Positions 1 through 11,628 of a DNA stretch of 43,896 bases are shown here, one piece after another (the stretch's first letter is position 1; each line of letters starts with the position of its first letter). Position numbers and translations under genes: made by a program. This DNA comes from Octopus bimaculoides. Taxonomy: Eukaryota. The stretch is from assembly GCF_001194135.2 (NCBI RefSeq), contig NC_068987.1, positions 95,180,132 through 95,224,027 on the forward strand. Direction: 5' to 3'. A model generated the notes under the pieces. That model was not told the DNA's origin and searched no databases. It was given only the letters and a program-made list of their open reading frames with translations.

Positions 1-17
1 ATATATATATATATATA

Positions 18-68
18 ATATATAGTTTTAGGGAAAATAAAACTATATATTTCCCTAAAACTATATAT
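18..68. repeat. Perfect ~19-bp inverted repeat (hairpin)
   Basis: ATATATAGTTTTAGGGAAA (18-36) and TTTCCCTAAAACTATATAT (50-68) are reverse complements around a 13-nt spacer. Confidence 0.8.
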
Positions 69-847
69 TTTATATATATTTTATCTTTAAAGCTCAATTT
101 AATTTTAATTTTTTATAAATTGATTTTAATTGAGTTTTTACCTGTAATTTTGGATTTTGTCCCTAATATTATTATATATATATATATAGATTCAGTAGGA
201 TATGTAAAATCAGAGCCAAGGCTCCAACACCACCAGAAACTCACAATAATGATACACACGAGCAATGCAATTACCATATGAGATATAGGCTTACCTTTGC
301 GATGAATACATCAGTACGTAATGTGTATTTCAATACCAATTGATTTCACTCTCTGTATGACCAACATATTCTGGGATCTTCAGTGTTATATAAGGTACAA
401 ATATAAGCTGTAAATGTTATATAAGGAATAAATAAAGTTATGAAAAATTAAATAAAATAAATACAATTTGTATATATGCAAGTAAGCACGTATATTTATA
501 CACACATGCATATATGTATGTATGTATCCGTACGTTCATATATATACTCAGAGACACACGCATATAGTCACACATATACATACATCGACAAGTACACATA
601 TATCCGCGCATATACGTACATTCGTACATATACATATATATGCGCGAACACATTAATGCGTATGCACACAGAAGTTGATATAGATCCATGTTGGTCTATT
701 AATTCCGATTGGTTAATGAAAGTATATTAGTTTTTAACAGTTTTGTAAACTTCTGGTACTTTTGAATGTGTATATGAAAATAATTAACATTTATATACGC
801 ATGTGTACAAGCGTTCGTAAATTTAATCATATATATATATATATATA

Positions 848-1546
848 NNNNNNNNNNNNNNNNNNNNNNNNNNNNNNNNNNNNNNNNNNNNNNNNNNNNN
901 NNNNNNNNNNNNNNNNNNNNNNNNNNNNNNNNNNNNNNNNNNNNNNNNNNNNNNNNNNNNNNNNNNNNNNNNNNNNNNNNNNNNNNNNNNNNNNNNNNNN
1001 NNNNNNNNNNNNNNNNNNNNNNNNNNNNNNNNNNNNNNNNNNNNNNNNNNNNNNNNNNNNNNNNNNNNNNNNNNNNNNNNNNNNNNNNNNNNNNNNNNNN
1101 NNNNNNNNNNNNNNNNNNNNNNNNNNNNNNNNNNNNNNNNNNNNNNNNNNNNNNNNNNNNNNNNNNNNNNNNNNNNNNNNNNNNNNNNNNNNNNNNNNNN
1201 NNNNNNNNNNNNNNNNNNNNNNNNNNNNNNNNNNNNNNNNNNNNNNNNNNNNNNNNNNNNNNNNNNNNNNNNNNNNNNNNNNNNNNNNNNNNNNNNNNNN
1301 NNNNNNNNNNNNNNNNNNNNNNNNNNNNNNNNNNNNNNNNNNNNNNNNNNNNNNNNNNNNNNNNNNNNNNNNNNNNNNNNNNNNNNNNNNNNNNNNNNNN
1401 NNNNNNNNNNNNNNNNNNNNNNNNNNNNNNNNNNNNNNNNNNNNNNNNNNNNNNNNNNNNNNNNNNNNNNNNNNNNNNNNNNNNNNNNNNNNNNNNNNNN
1501 NNNNNNNNNNNNNNNNNNNNNNNNNNNNNNNNNNNNNNNNNNNNNN
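848..1546. other. Assembly gap flanked by (TA)n. Other N-runs at about 2543-2730, 3082-3154, 10198-10583, 11248-11580, 12983-13366, 15207-15216, 15626-16390, 19742-19751 and 28945-29536
   Basis: Runs of N, most bordered by TA or CA microsatellites; typical of short-read scaffolds. Confidence 0.98.
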
Positions 1547-1810
1547 ATATATATGTATGTATATGTATATATATATATATATATATAAATATACGTGTAT
1601 ATATGTATGCATATATACTTATATACATATATGCATATATACACAGGTGTACATATATGTATATACGCACAATGTTCTCTGGCGTACATACACACGCACA
1701 CATTCACCGTTAAATATACATATAACCATATAGACACGCATACACATGCAAGCATATTTATATATATGTATACATATTTATATATACATACGTATATATA
1801 TATACACACA

Positions 1811-1990
1811 TTCTTTTACTTGTTTCAGTCATTTTGATTGCAGCCATGCTGGAGCACCACCTCTAGTCGAACAAATCGACGCCAGGACTTATCCTTTGTA
1901 ATCCTAGTACTTATTTTATCGGTCCTTTTTACCGAACTGCTATGTTACGGAGACATAAATTCATCAACATCGGTTGCCAAGCAAAGGTGA
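1811..1990 (-). mobile_element. SINE-like interspersed repeat related to the tRNA-SINE body
   Basis: Minus strand shows CGATAAAATAAGTACT and a GTCGATTTGTTCGACT segment similar to the bodies of the other SINE copies here; ends GACTGAAACAAGTAAAAGAA. Confidence 0.65.
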
Positions 1991-2730
1991 GGAACAAACA
2001 CCGATACACAAATACAGACAGGTTCGTACGCGTATATACACATACATGTATGTGTCTATTCATACACACACACATATGTGTATATCGATATACATCTACA
2101 TATATACATGTTTAAATATATATCTACGTATACTGGTAATTAATTACGTGTATATGCATACATCTTCGTAAGTATAAGGATAAGGGAAGTATTTTATTGA
2201 GTTGTAAGAATTATTATAAGGGTGGGGGAGTGAGAATTGTTTAAGTGGAAATAATTTATTAGAAGGCAAAAAGTGTGCATATAAATAGGCGATGCACACA
2301 AACACACACATATATATACACATACAAATGCATATATACACATACATATGGATATACACTCACACAATTATGCATAAACAATTATGTTTAGTTGTATTTG
2401 AAAAAAATATGTAGACGGGGGGATAAACATGTCAGTTTAAGAATAATTTGGAAATATATAGATGTTTGTATGTAAAAATTAATTAAATAAGCAAATAAGT
2501 CAATAGGCACGTATCAACTTGAATTGCATATACATATATATANNNNNNNNNNNNNNNNNNNNNNNNNNNNNNNNNNNNNNNNNNNNNNNNNNNNNNNNNN
2601 NNNNNNNNNNNNNNNNNNNNNNNNNNNNNNNNNNNNNNNNNNNNNNNNNNNNNNNNNNNNNNNNNNNNNNNNNNNNNNNNNNNNNNNNNNNNNNNNNNNN
2701 NNNNNNNNNNNNNNNNNNNNNNNNNNNNNN

Positions 2731-2771
<41 letters not shown>

Positions 2772-3042
2772 TTTTCACTTCCCGAGCGTTAAACTAATAC
2801 ATCTGTTTGTTGTCTGCACCACCTGTTCGTCTTTTGTCTTTTTGTTTTTTTTTTGTGAATTCTCTCCCTATATATGTGTGTGTGTGTGTGTGTGAGTGTA
2901 TTTATACATAGGCATATAAATATGTATATACATATATATGTCCATGTACATATACATGTACATATATACACACACACATACATATGTATATACATACACT
3001 CATACATACATATATGCATATATACGGATATACATACACACA

Positions 3043-3081
<39 letters not shown>

Positions 3082-3154
3082 NNNNNNNNNNNNNNNNNNN
3101 NNNNNNNNNNNNNNNNNNNNNNNNNNNNNNNNNNNNNNNNNNNNNNNNNNNNNN

Positions 3155-3197
<43 letters not shown>

Positions 3198-3247
3198 GTG
3201 TGTGTGTATGTGTGTGTGTGTGTGTGTGTGCGTGTGTGTGTGTGTGT
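3155..3247. repeat. (GATA)n then (GT)n microsatellite
   Basis: Directly visible tandem repeats. Confidence 0.95.
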
Positions 3248-3329
3248 TCGAAGGCTATTAAAATGCTGTTAAGGATGTGTAAATGTGGTTATTAATGTAA
3301 GGCAAGGAGATAAACAATAATCGAACAGC

Positions 3330-5190
3330 TATTTCGTTAAGCATTTACTAATAAAACCCAGCGCTCCAATTATTATTGTTATGAATATGAATTCATAGTC
3401 TGGATATGGAAGCTATCAAATGATATACTTTTCTTCCTCGATTTACAAAGAGAAATTTATATCTGCAGGGAAGCTAACCTCTATGATGGTGCATACCTTT
3501 GTCCCTCTGTCCCAAACAACAATATCCGGCTTGTTATGCTTTCTTTTGACAGAAGTTTTGATGGGAATATTCCACCAGTATTTCTTGAGTTGGTGTTTAT
3601 GAATGTATTCCATAACGGAGGGATATTCTAAGTTTATTTCAGGACAGACTTTTTTGCGGATGGCGTTGTAAATTGTTTTAGCAACAACATTGTCCCGCAT
3701 AGGGATGTAGTACTGTGACGACATTTTAGGACAACTGCTAATCACATGCATCATGTCTTTCACAGAAGCATAACATAGCCTTCACATGCGGTTACACCTT
3801 GGTATTACAACAACGTCACTGTCTCTCTTGTTGACCAGGTACTTTGTGGCAATCTCCTGCTCCTGGATTGCAAACGCATAGCCTTCAAAGTATGATGTGA
3901 TGTAGTGGTCGTGGGTCCAAGAGAGGCTGCGCTTCGTGTCTACTGTCTTCTTCAAGATTCCGGACAACATACCCATGCATGTTTGTTTTGTATACTGAGT
4001 GCTTTCCATCCAGGTCTTCTCTGAGGTAAGAGAGTCCAAGTGTTTTGGGGTTGTACAGGAGATCGTCAGGAAAAGAGTGTTTCTTGAGGAGTTCACTGCC
4101 GACTCGTACAATGTTGCTCACTTCACTTTTCAGCACTGCATTAATATGTTCATTTTTGGTACTGCTGTTTAGCAGGTACTGTCTGTGTGATACCATATGG
4201 TATTTGAAGGCCGTCTGCACAAATCTCAGGCCTCTGCCACCTTCATTTCTTCGTAGGTAGAGCCTATCAACATCACTGTTTATGTGGAAATTCCCAGTTG
4301 TTGTCAGAATCGTGCGGGTTTTGATATCTATGAAGTGGATTTCCTCTACAAACCAATCAAGTATCCCAAATGTTGGGATCAGCACTGGTACTGCAAATGC
4401 ATTGTGGGATATTGTATTGTTGTAAGAGGAGAGTTCCGATTACCATGTTTTTCTAATTCTGGTGAAATATTCCCGGGTCACTCTATTTGTATTCACAATA
4501 CCTTCATATGATACATTTTCGTCTATGCCTAAGTACTTGTAACATTCTTTGTGTGGAACGGGAAAGACCGTTGATGCACAGGTTTTGAGTTTGGGGGACT
4601 GACCTTTCTCCTTCTATAACCAGATATGAACATTTCTTCACGCCAAATTCCATGCCTATGTCAGCTGAAAATGTTATTAACTCCATTTTTTTTTGTTATA
4701 TATATATATATTTTTTTTTGCATTGTTAACACTTTTAGCAAAAATCTTCAGGTCGTCTACAAATAAATTATGAGTTACATTATGATATTTCTGGCAGCTA
4801 AAGATCCTAACATGTAATAATTTGTTTTCTGCAGTAGGAACGATAATGGATTCAGTGCCAAAATGAATAGAAGTATAGAAAGATTATCTTCCTGAAATAT
4901 TCCCTTTGTAAAACCTATACTTTTAGAAACAATTATTCTGTTCTCAGTTGTAAGGGTAAAGAATAGTTGTCCACGTCTTTGAGAGTCTCTCTATGGCAGC
5001 AGTTAAGGTAGTCGGTACCTTTGCCAGATGTAGGCACTTCAACAGCCATGAATGAGGGATAGAGTCGAATACTTTCTTATAGTCAAGCCGTACTGTCACA
5101 AGGTTTCTGCGTTGTTTTCTTACTTCAGACATTACAGCTTTGTTTATCAAAAGTCGTTCGGCACTACTGCTCTCAATCTTCTTTCCACCA
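3330..5190 (-). mobile_element. Decayed R4/Dong-type non-LTR retrotransposon (RT, CCHC-like region, restriction-like endonuclease)
   Basis: Frameshifted minus-strand peptides: LDYKKVFDSIPHSW, IFQEDNLSILLFILALNPL, LFVDDLKIF (RT catalytic motif), FSADIGMEFGVKKC, RLYLRRNEGGRGL, EGYAFAIQEQEI, HVISSC..RDNVVAK, KPDIVVWD..IIEVSFPAD (PD..E-type RLE), IIIGALG. Confidence 0.85.
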
Positions 5191-5225
5191 TGCACGTATG
5201 TATGTGTGTGTGAGAGTGTGAGTGA

Positions 5226-5229
<4 letters not shown>

Positions 5230-5296
<67 letters not shown>
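5230..5296. repeat. (GT)n microsatellite; (TA)n follows at about 5436-5470
   Basis: Directly visible. Confidence 0.95.
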
Positions 5297-5300
<4 letters not shown>

Positions 5301-5432
5301 TGAGTGTAAATAGAAGGATACTACTTTACAAACTGGCAGTGAGATATACTCGTCTGATACAAATACGTACTGCGCTTATACAAGCGTCTGTAATATGCCT
5401 ATAAATACAAACATCCATACACTTATACACAA

Positions 5433-5474
<42 letters not shown>

Positions 5475-5529
5475 TTCTTCTTTATGAAGGAGTGGTGCTG
5501 GAGCTATGAAATCTTGCATGCATTAACTT

Positions 5530-5720
5530 CAACCCTTCTTATTAATAACTGCATTGTTTCTTTTCAGGTAATCTGACATCTGACTGTCCAAAGACTTCGA
5601 CATAACTAGTTGTGGCTTCTCTTCGAAATGGATGAAATTTGACATCGTCGTATTATCAAATCCCTGTAGATAAACGCTTTAGTCCCCAAGAACATTCATG
5701 CCGACATGGCCGCTACATAA
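5530..5720 (+). mobile_element. Mariner-type transposon 5' fragment (transposase N-terminus, pseudogenised)
   Basis: ATG at about 5629 gives MDEI*HRRIIKSL*INALVPKNIHADMAAT*, resembling the mariner N-terminal HTH pattern M..IEYR.VIK.L...G..PK.IH.DM. Confidence 0.5.
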
Positions 5721-5850
5721 TTTTCTACTCTAGGCACAAGGCTTGAAATTTTGGGGTGGGGGGCCCAGCTGATTAAATCGACCCGAGAACGCAACTGGTA
5801 CTTAATTTATCGACCCCGAAGAATGAAAGGTAAAATCGATCTCGGCGAGC
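5720..5850 (-). mobile_element. tRNA-derived SINE, 3' part
   Basis: Reverse complement matches the body of the 24270-24487 copy (GGGTCGATAAATTAAGTACCAGTT...CCTTGTGCCTAGAGTAGAAA). Confidence 0.8.
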
Positions 5851-6239
5851 ATCGATTAGGGAGTTACATTGGATTGTAAACTCCAATGTGATCTTACACT
5901 CACCATTCTCAGAGACAACTTCTAGTTTATGTTCTTAAAATTTCTGTGAACTTTTAAGACCATATTTCTTACGAAATCTCCAGTGAACAAACTTGACTAC
6001 GTTATCATGGTTCGTTTTGCATTCCTCTTAGGCCAGCGGTGCCTTTTATACGCCACCAAATACGATATGAATGAAGGATTTCTAATAGTCAACTACTGCT
6101 TCGATATATTAATTTGAGAAATGAAGCAACTGTACGTTTCTTAGTTTAACTGGCTAAAAATAATCTCATTTGTCTAATAGTACCGAACTTTTATATTTAG
6201 TATGATTTCTTCACTTGTTTCACAAACCTATACATTCGA

Positions 6240-6271
<32 letters not shown>

Positions 6272-8044
6272 ACACACACGCACACATTCATGTGTATATA
6301 TAAAGAACAGACACAGACACATGTGTTTGTGTGTTATGTGAGCACATATGTATGGAAGTTCCGGAAAATTGCAGATATAGGCATTGTAAGCAATAAAGAG
6401 CTGCCTCTCTGCAACACAGGCGGCCTTGGCAAGTATCAGCCGGCGACACCAACTTTATTATTATCATTTATACCAGTTACAACTTTAGCAAAAATACTGT
6501 TATCATCTATACCTCCAGCAACATCAATAACAACTTCAGCAACATTACTATCATCATCAATATCAGCAGCAGCAGCGGCAGCCTAAAAACACTGTAACCA
6601 GAACAGAATTCCTATTTCCGTTGCACGCTAAATCGAACATTCTCTTACGCTTAACACCAGTAAAATTTATTATTCATTGTTGTTGTTGTTGTTGTTGCTG
6701 CTGCTGCTGCTGCTTCTAATGATGGTGTGCTTGTGATAGTTGTAGTAGTGATGGCTTACAGCTGTCAATTATAGTTTTGGTAGTCGTACTGGGAATGGTG
6801 GTGCTGCCGGTGATTGAGCTTTTTCATAGTATTTTCGCCGTTGATGATAATGATGACCGTGCTACTGGTGGCTTGGGAACGAAAAGATAGATCTGTAACC
6901 GCCATAGCTTTAGTCAGATCATTTATCACTCACAAGTTTAAATGAATGAGACGGCCATCATTTCCGTTTTCTTTCTTTTAATATTTTTTTTTTATTTTTG
7001 TCTTTCATTTTCCCTCAATGTTCTTTTTCTTTTTTTCCCCCTCTTTCTGCTGTTTCATTGCTGTTTTTCGTTTTCACCTCTAATCTATTATAGCATGGCC
7101 TTACCCTGACTAAACTCCATTGTGTTTATCTTTAAAGAGACAATTTATATTATTTAGAAAGTAACTGTTAATCCTTAGAGTGACACTGGCCAAGTGGCAT
7201 AGAATCATACTGGCGTCTATGTGAAATGCAAAGTTATATTGATTTATGTTTGAATCAGTAATAGGCTTCTCCTGCAGTTTGGCTCAGAGACTTAGTAGGA
7301 ACTGCGATATTTATACATATTCGAAGAAACTTCACTGATTTAGTATATAAGTGAGTTACAATCGAATACTGAAATCGCAACGTTATTTCAACATGTGAGA
7401 AATGCAAGTTTTCGTTTATAGCATGTCACTCGAAAACAGAAGTCCTGTGAAGTAAAAGCAAAAGGATTCTGTCACTTATTGCGGGGTTTTCGAATATCTG
7501 TTATATTGCAAGGCAGAGAGCAAAGTCTCACTTAAGATATTTAATAAGGCTACATTTAGTTGTAAATATATTGAGACTAAATTCTTGTGAATATCGCGTT
7601 AAAATCACTGTATATTCAACTTTACTCGTAGTAATATGTTATTTCGCACGTCGTCTGCAGGATGGTGATGAATCCAGCAATGTTTTATTATGCTTGATAG
7701 ATATTCGTTTGAAATATAACCAAATTTAGGATAGTGAGTCCTGCAGGAAATCCCTTTGGCATGATGAGGTTAAATGAATATCTTGGACGTGAAAAGAGAA
7801 ATAAAAGTTTACACTCTACGTAAGCTCTTGACCTGCTGAAATTTTATCTTAACATTTAAATAAGGAAAGGACACATTACATAATGCAGTCCTATATACAT
7901 AAGGGATGGTCATGACTGGAATGTCTTGGTTGATATTGCTGACCGAGCAGGGCTGGCCAGGGTCTACACAATGACAATTGTGAGACAAGTGCAACATTAT
8001 GCATCTCATAGTTACTTAAGGATATGTCTACCGTGACCCATTAC

Positions 8045-8268
8045 ACATTCTTTTCAAATCCTGGCACAAGGCCAGCAATTTTCAGGGAGCGGGTAAGTCG
8101 ATTACATCGACTCAGTGCTCAACTGGTAACCAATTTGTCGACATCGAAAGGATGGAAGGCAAAGTCGACCTCGGTAGAATTTGGACTCAGAACGTAAAGA
8201 CGGGTGAAGTGCCACAAATCAGTTTGTTTGGAATGTTAATTATTTTACAAACTGCCTTACGTAACTCA
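8045..8268 (-). mobile_element. tRNA-derived SINE inside the Chapaev-like element
   Basis: Reverse complement aligns to the 24270 copy (CTGAGTCCAAATTCTACCGAGGTCGACTTTGCC). Confidence 0.8.
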
Positions 8269-8290
8269 TTTTTCTACATTGTAGTCTGGG

Positions 8291-8870
8291 ATGAAAAATG
8301 TTCAACATCCACCTCTCACTGAACCAAACAAAATTTTGCTAACACCACGACACATAAAAGTGGGGCTCATGAAAAATTTTGTAAAAGCTATGGACAAATC
8401 CGGTCAGGGATTCAAGTATTTAACATCAAAATCCTCCCCCCCCCCCCCATTAATCGACGCTAAGATAAAAGGGGGTCTTCATTGGTCCTCAGATTCGAGA
8501 GCTTTTTAAAGATGGTGACTTTGAATCAGCCCTTTATGGGTATGAGAAAGATGCTTGGGAAGCATTCAAGTTAGTGGCGAAGGGATTTCTCGGAAAGGGA
8601 AGGAAATTATGAAGAATTGGTGGAAAACGTCATCAAGGCTAACAAGAACGTGGGATGTAACATGTCACGCCAAATCCACGTCTTGTACTCACATTAGACT
8701 TTTTTCCAGCGAACTGTGGAGCAGTTAGTGACGAACATGGTGAAGGGCTTCACCAAGATATTTAAACCATGGACAAGCGGTACAAGGGCAAATGAAGCAA
8801 AGCGATGCTTGCTTGGGCATCGGCAAGAGATTATTCTTCAACCTTCTATAAGCGCCAAGCAAAAAGGTAG
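8291..8870 (+). pseudogene. Chapaev-like transposase C-terminal half
   Basis: LLTPRHIKVGLMKNFVKAMDK, FIGPQIRELF, AWEAFKLV, GCNMS..IH..YSH.DFFPANCGAVSDEHGE.LHQDI, across frameshifts and stops. Confidence 0.75.
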
Positions 8871-10583
8871 GGAATAGATACAGGACTAAAACTTTAAACA
8901 TAATGACACATATTGTATGTTGTTATAAAATAATCAAATATTACATGTGATGTATCTTTAAGCCTATAGCTAATAAGCATTTTTCAAGGTGTCATTTTTG
9001 GATTCAAGACTTGAAAACAGGAATTAACTAATCTCGTTTAAGAAGCACACAGCTTTTCTAAAATGATTGGCCAGTGTTATTTATCAATATGACTGTTTCT
9101 GTCTTATTCATTAGTAAATATTATATGTAAAGTGTAAATTAAGCGTAAGACAATAAATTGAAAACCGAACTTGAGTCGCAAATACCTCTCTTTGATAACA
9201 GGTCATCGTATTATTATACATGTGCCACACAATGTTTTAAGAGAACATACTTTTAATTGCGATTAACAACGAGCGAACTTCAAAGCTAATATTTTTTGTT
9301 CTCTGAAGCTCTTATGATGTCCCTCATAGGAACTGGTATCCTCAGTGAATCGCTATCTGGAGAGACAGTTTGATTTGTAAGAGGTACTTGCGGAAATTTT
9401 TAGAGAGAAATATCTGTATACAAAGATATTTTGCTGGTTTTCTGCCAATCTGACGCCGGTTGATGTTCAACTAGCAGTTGACATTACCTTAACCTCCAAC
9501 AAGCTCAGTCGTTTTGTTGTATTGGAAACATCTTGCAAGATGCCAGAAACTTCATAGTAAGAGCCAGATAAAGATTGTTTTGAGTTTCGTGATTTCAAAG
9601 CCAATATTATATTAGATAGCTGTCATTAAGGACAATGTTTGATTCTCAAATGGGCAGAATCTTTCCAACAAGTACATAAATAGTATTCAACACGCCCTCT
9701 CTCTTTCACACATACACGCACATACATATACATACGTAGCTACATATATGGGTGTGTGTGTGTGTATGTATGTGTCTCTGTGTGTACGTATGTATCATGC
9801 AAATATATATATATATATATGTATGTATGTATATATATATTTTCATGCATGCATATGTGTACGCATGTGTATATATAAGATTATTTATCTTGTACAAATA
9901 TTCTCATTATTAAATGGAAACGACCATAATTAGTTTCCGTTCATAAACGCAAGAACACATCATGTATTCCCGCTCAAACTCAAACACGCACAATCACACA
10001 TACGTACACATGCAAATACAAACTGTCAAACATTTATCCTCACTTACATATTAAAACACACGCCCATAATATGTGGCACACATAGACTCACCAAAAAATT
10101 TATTCTGTCTCAGATCACAAGCCAATAAGATCACGCAGAAATACATACACTACAAACATACGCACGCATAAACATGCGTATATATATATATATATATNNN
10201 NNNNNNNNNNNNNNNNNNNNNNNNNNNNNNNNNNNNNNNNNNNNNNNNNNNNNNNNNNNNNNNNNNNNNNNNNNNNNNNNNNNNNNNNNNNNNNNNNNNN
10301 NNNNNNNNNNNNNNNNNNNNNNNNNNNNNNNNNNNNNNNNNNNNNNNNNNNNNNNNNNNNNNNNNNNNNNNNNNNNNNNNNNNNNNNNNNNNNNNNNNNN
10401 NNNNNNNNNNNNNNNNNNNNNNNNNNNNNNNNNNNNNNNNNNNNNNNNNNNNNNNNNNNNNNNNNNNNNNNNNNNNNNNNNNNNNNNNNNNNNNNNNNNN
10501 NNNNNNNNNNNNNNNNNNNNNNNNNNNNNNNNNNNNNNNNNNNNNNNNNNNNNNNNNNNNNNNNNNNNNNNNNNNNNNNNNNN

Positions 10584-10615
<32 letters not shown>

Positions 10616-11200
10616 TATGTATGTATGTATATATATACGTTCATTTGATGTACGTATCTCTGCATGTATTACTTCCGCATACATATAGGCATGTATACAT
10701 ATAATCTTTGCAGATTTGCAGTTCCAAGTTAACCCTGAAGCCATCTATCTTGGCATCGTGTCAGAAATCTTACTATACACGGTTTTCTCAATCGAAAATC
10801 ATATTTAATCGACAGATTAGCTTGTCTACCACCGTTAAGAACACGTTTGCTATTAGAAATTCTTGCACGATTTTGTAGGCGTTGAGTTTTATAATCCCTT
10901 GCCATTTATTATGGAATATAGATACATATACATATATATACATGACAGCATGAATACACATGCATATAATTTTTGATTTATGCATGTAATTTTTTTTACA
11001 TCTTGCTTTTTGTATTTGTATTTTATTCATCTTTTTAACTTTAGTATTTCTTACATACAGATTTGCTTCAATATCGATAATATATTTTCTTCGTATTGAT
11101 AAATTCTCGGTTATGTGCGTGTGTGCATACACATATATGTACATTCATATATGTATGTGTGCATGCATATATATGTATATGCATATATACATATATATAT

Positions 11201-11247
<47 letters not shown>

Positions 11248-11628
11248 NNNNNNNNNNNNNNNNNNNNNNNNNNNNNNNNNNNNNNNNNNNNNNNNNNNNN
11301 NNNNNNNNNNNNNNNNNNNNNNNNNNNNNNNNNNNNNNNNNNNNNNNNNNNNNNNNNNNNNNNNNNNNNNNNNNNNNNNNNNNNNNNNNNNNNNNNNNNN
11401 NNNNNNNNNNNNNNNNNNNNNNNNNNNNNNNNNNNNNNNNNNNNNNNNNNNNNNNNNNNNNNNNNNNNNNNNNNNNNNNNNNNNNNNNNNNNNNNNNNNN
11501 NNNNNNNNNNNNNNNNNNNNNNNNNNNNNNNNNNNNNNNNNNNNNNNNNNNNNNNNNNNNNNNNNNNNNNNNNNNNNNNNGGTCGGACAAAATAATGGAA
11601 ACACCTTAAAATTTCAAACAAATTTATT

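Larger units (their letters stand above)
7184..9076 (+). mobile_element. Chapaev-like (CMC superfamily) DNA transposon, internally decayed
   Basis: 10-bp TIR CACTGGCCAA (7184-7193) / TTGGCCAGTG (9067-9076); flanks TGA / TTA; transposase C-terminal half at 8291-8870. Confidence 0.6.

Noticed and set aside
292-407. Minus-strand exon candidate (TTTACAG ... AAAG/GTAAGC)
   Set aside because: Stops in all three frames; more likely part of a decayed repeat.
438-3167. Long ORFs rich in Y/I/C/V/H/T or X (also at 9.7-11.6, 12.9-13.4, 15.6-16.4 and 28.8-29.6 kb)
   Set aside because: Translations of TA/CA/TG microsatellites and N-gaps, not genes.
6450-6860. Ser/Thr/Ala-rich ORF 6215-6586 and similar poly-I/N/H ORFs at 17.3, 20.8, 22.6 and 24.0-24.9 kb
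   Set aside because: Degenerate trinucleotide repeats (CAG, TTG, ATT, ATC) with no splice or homology support.
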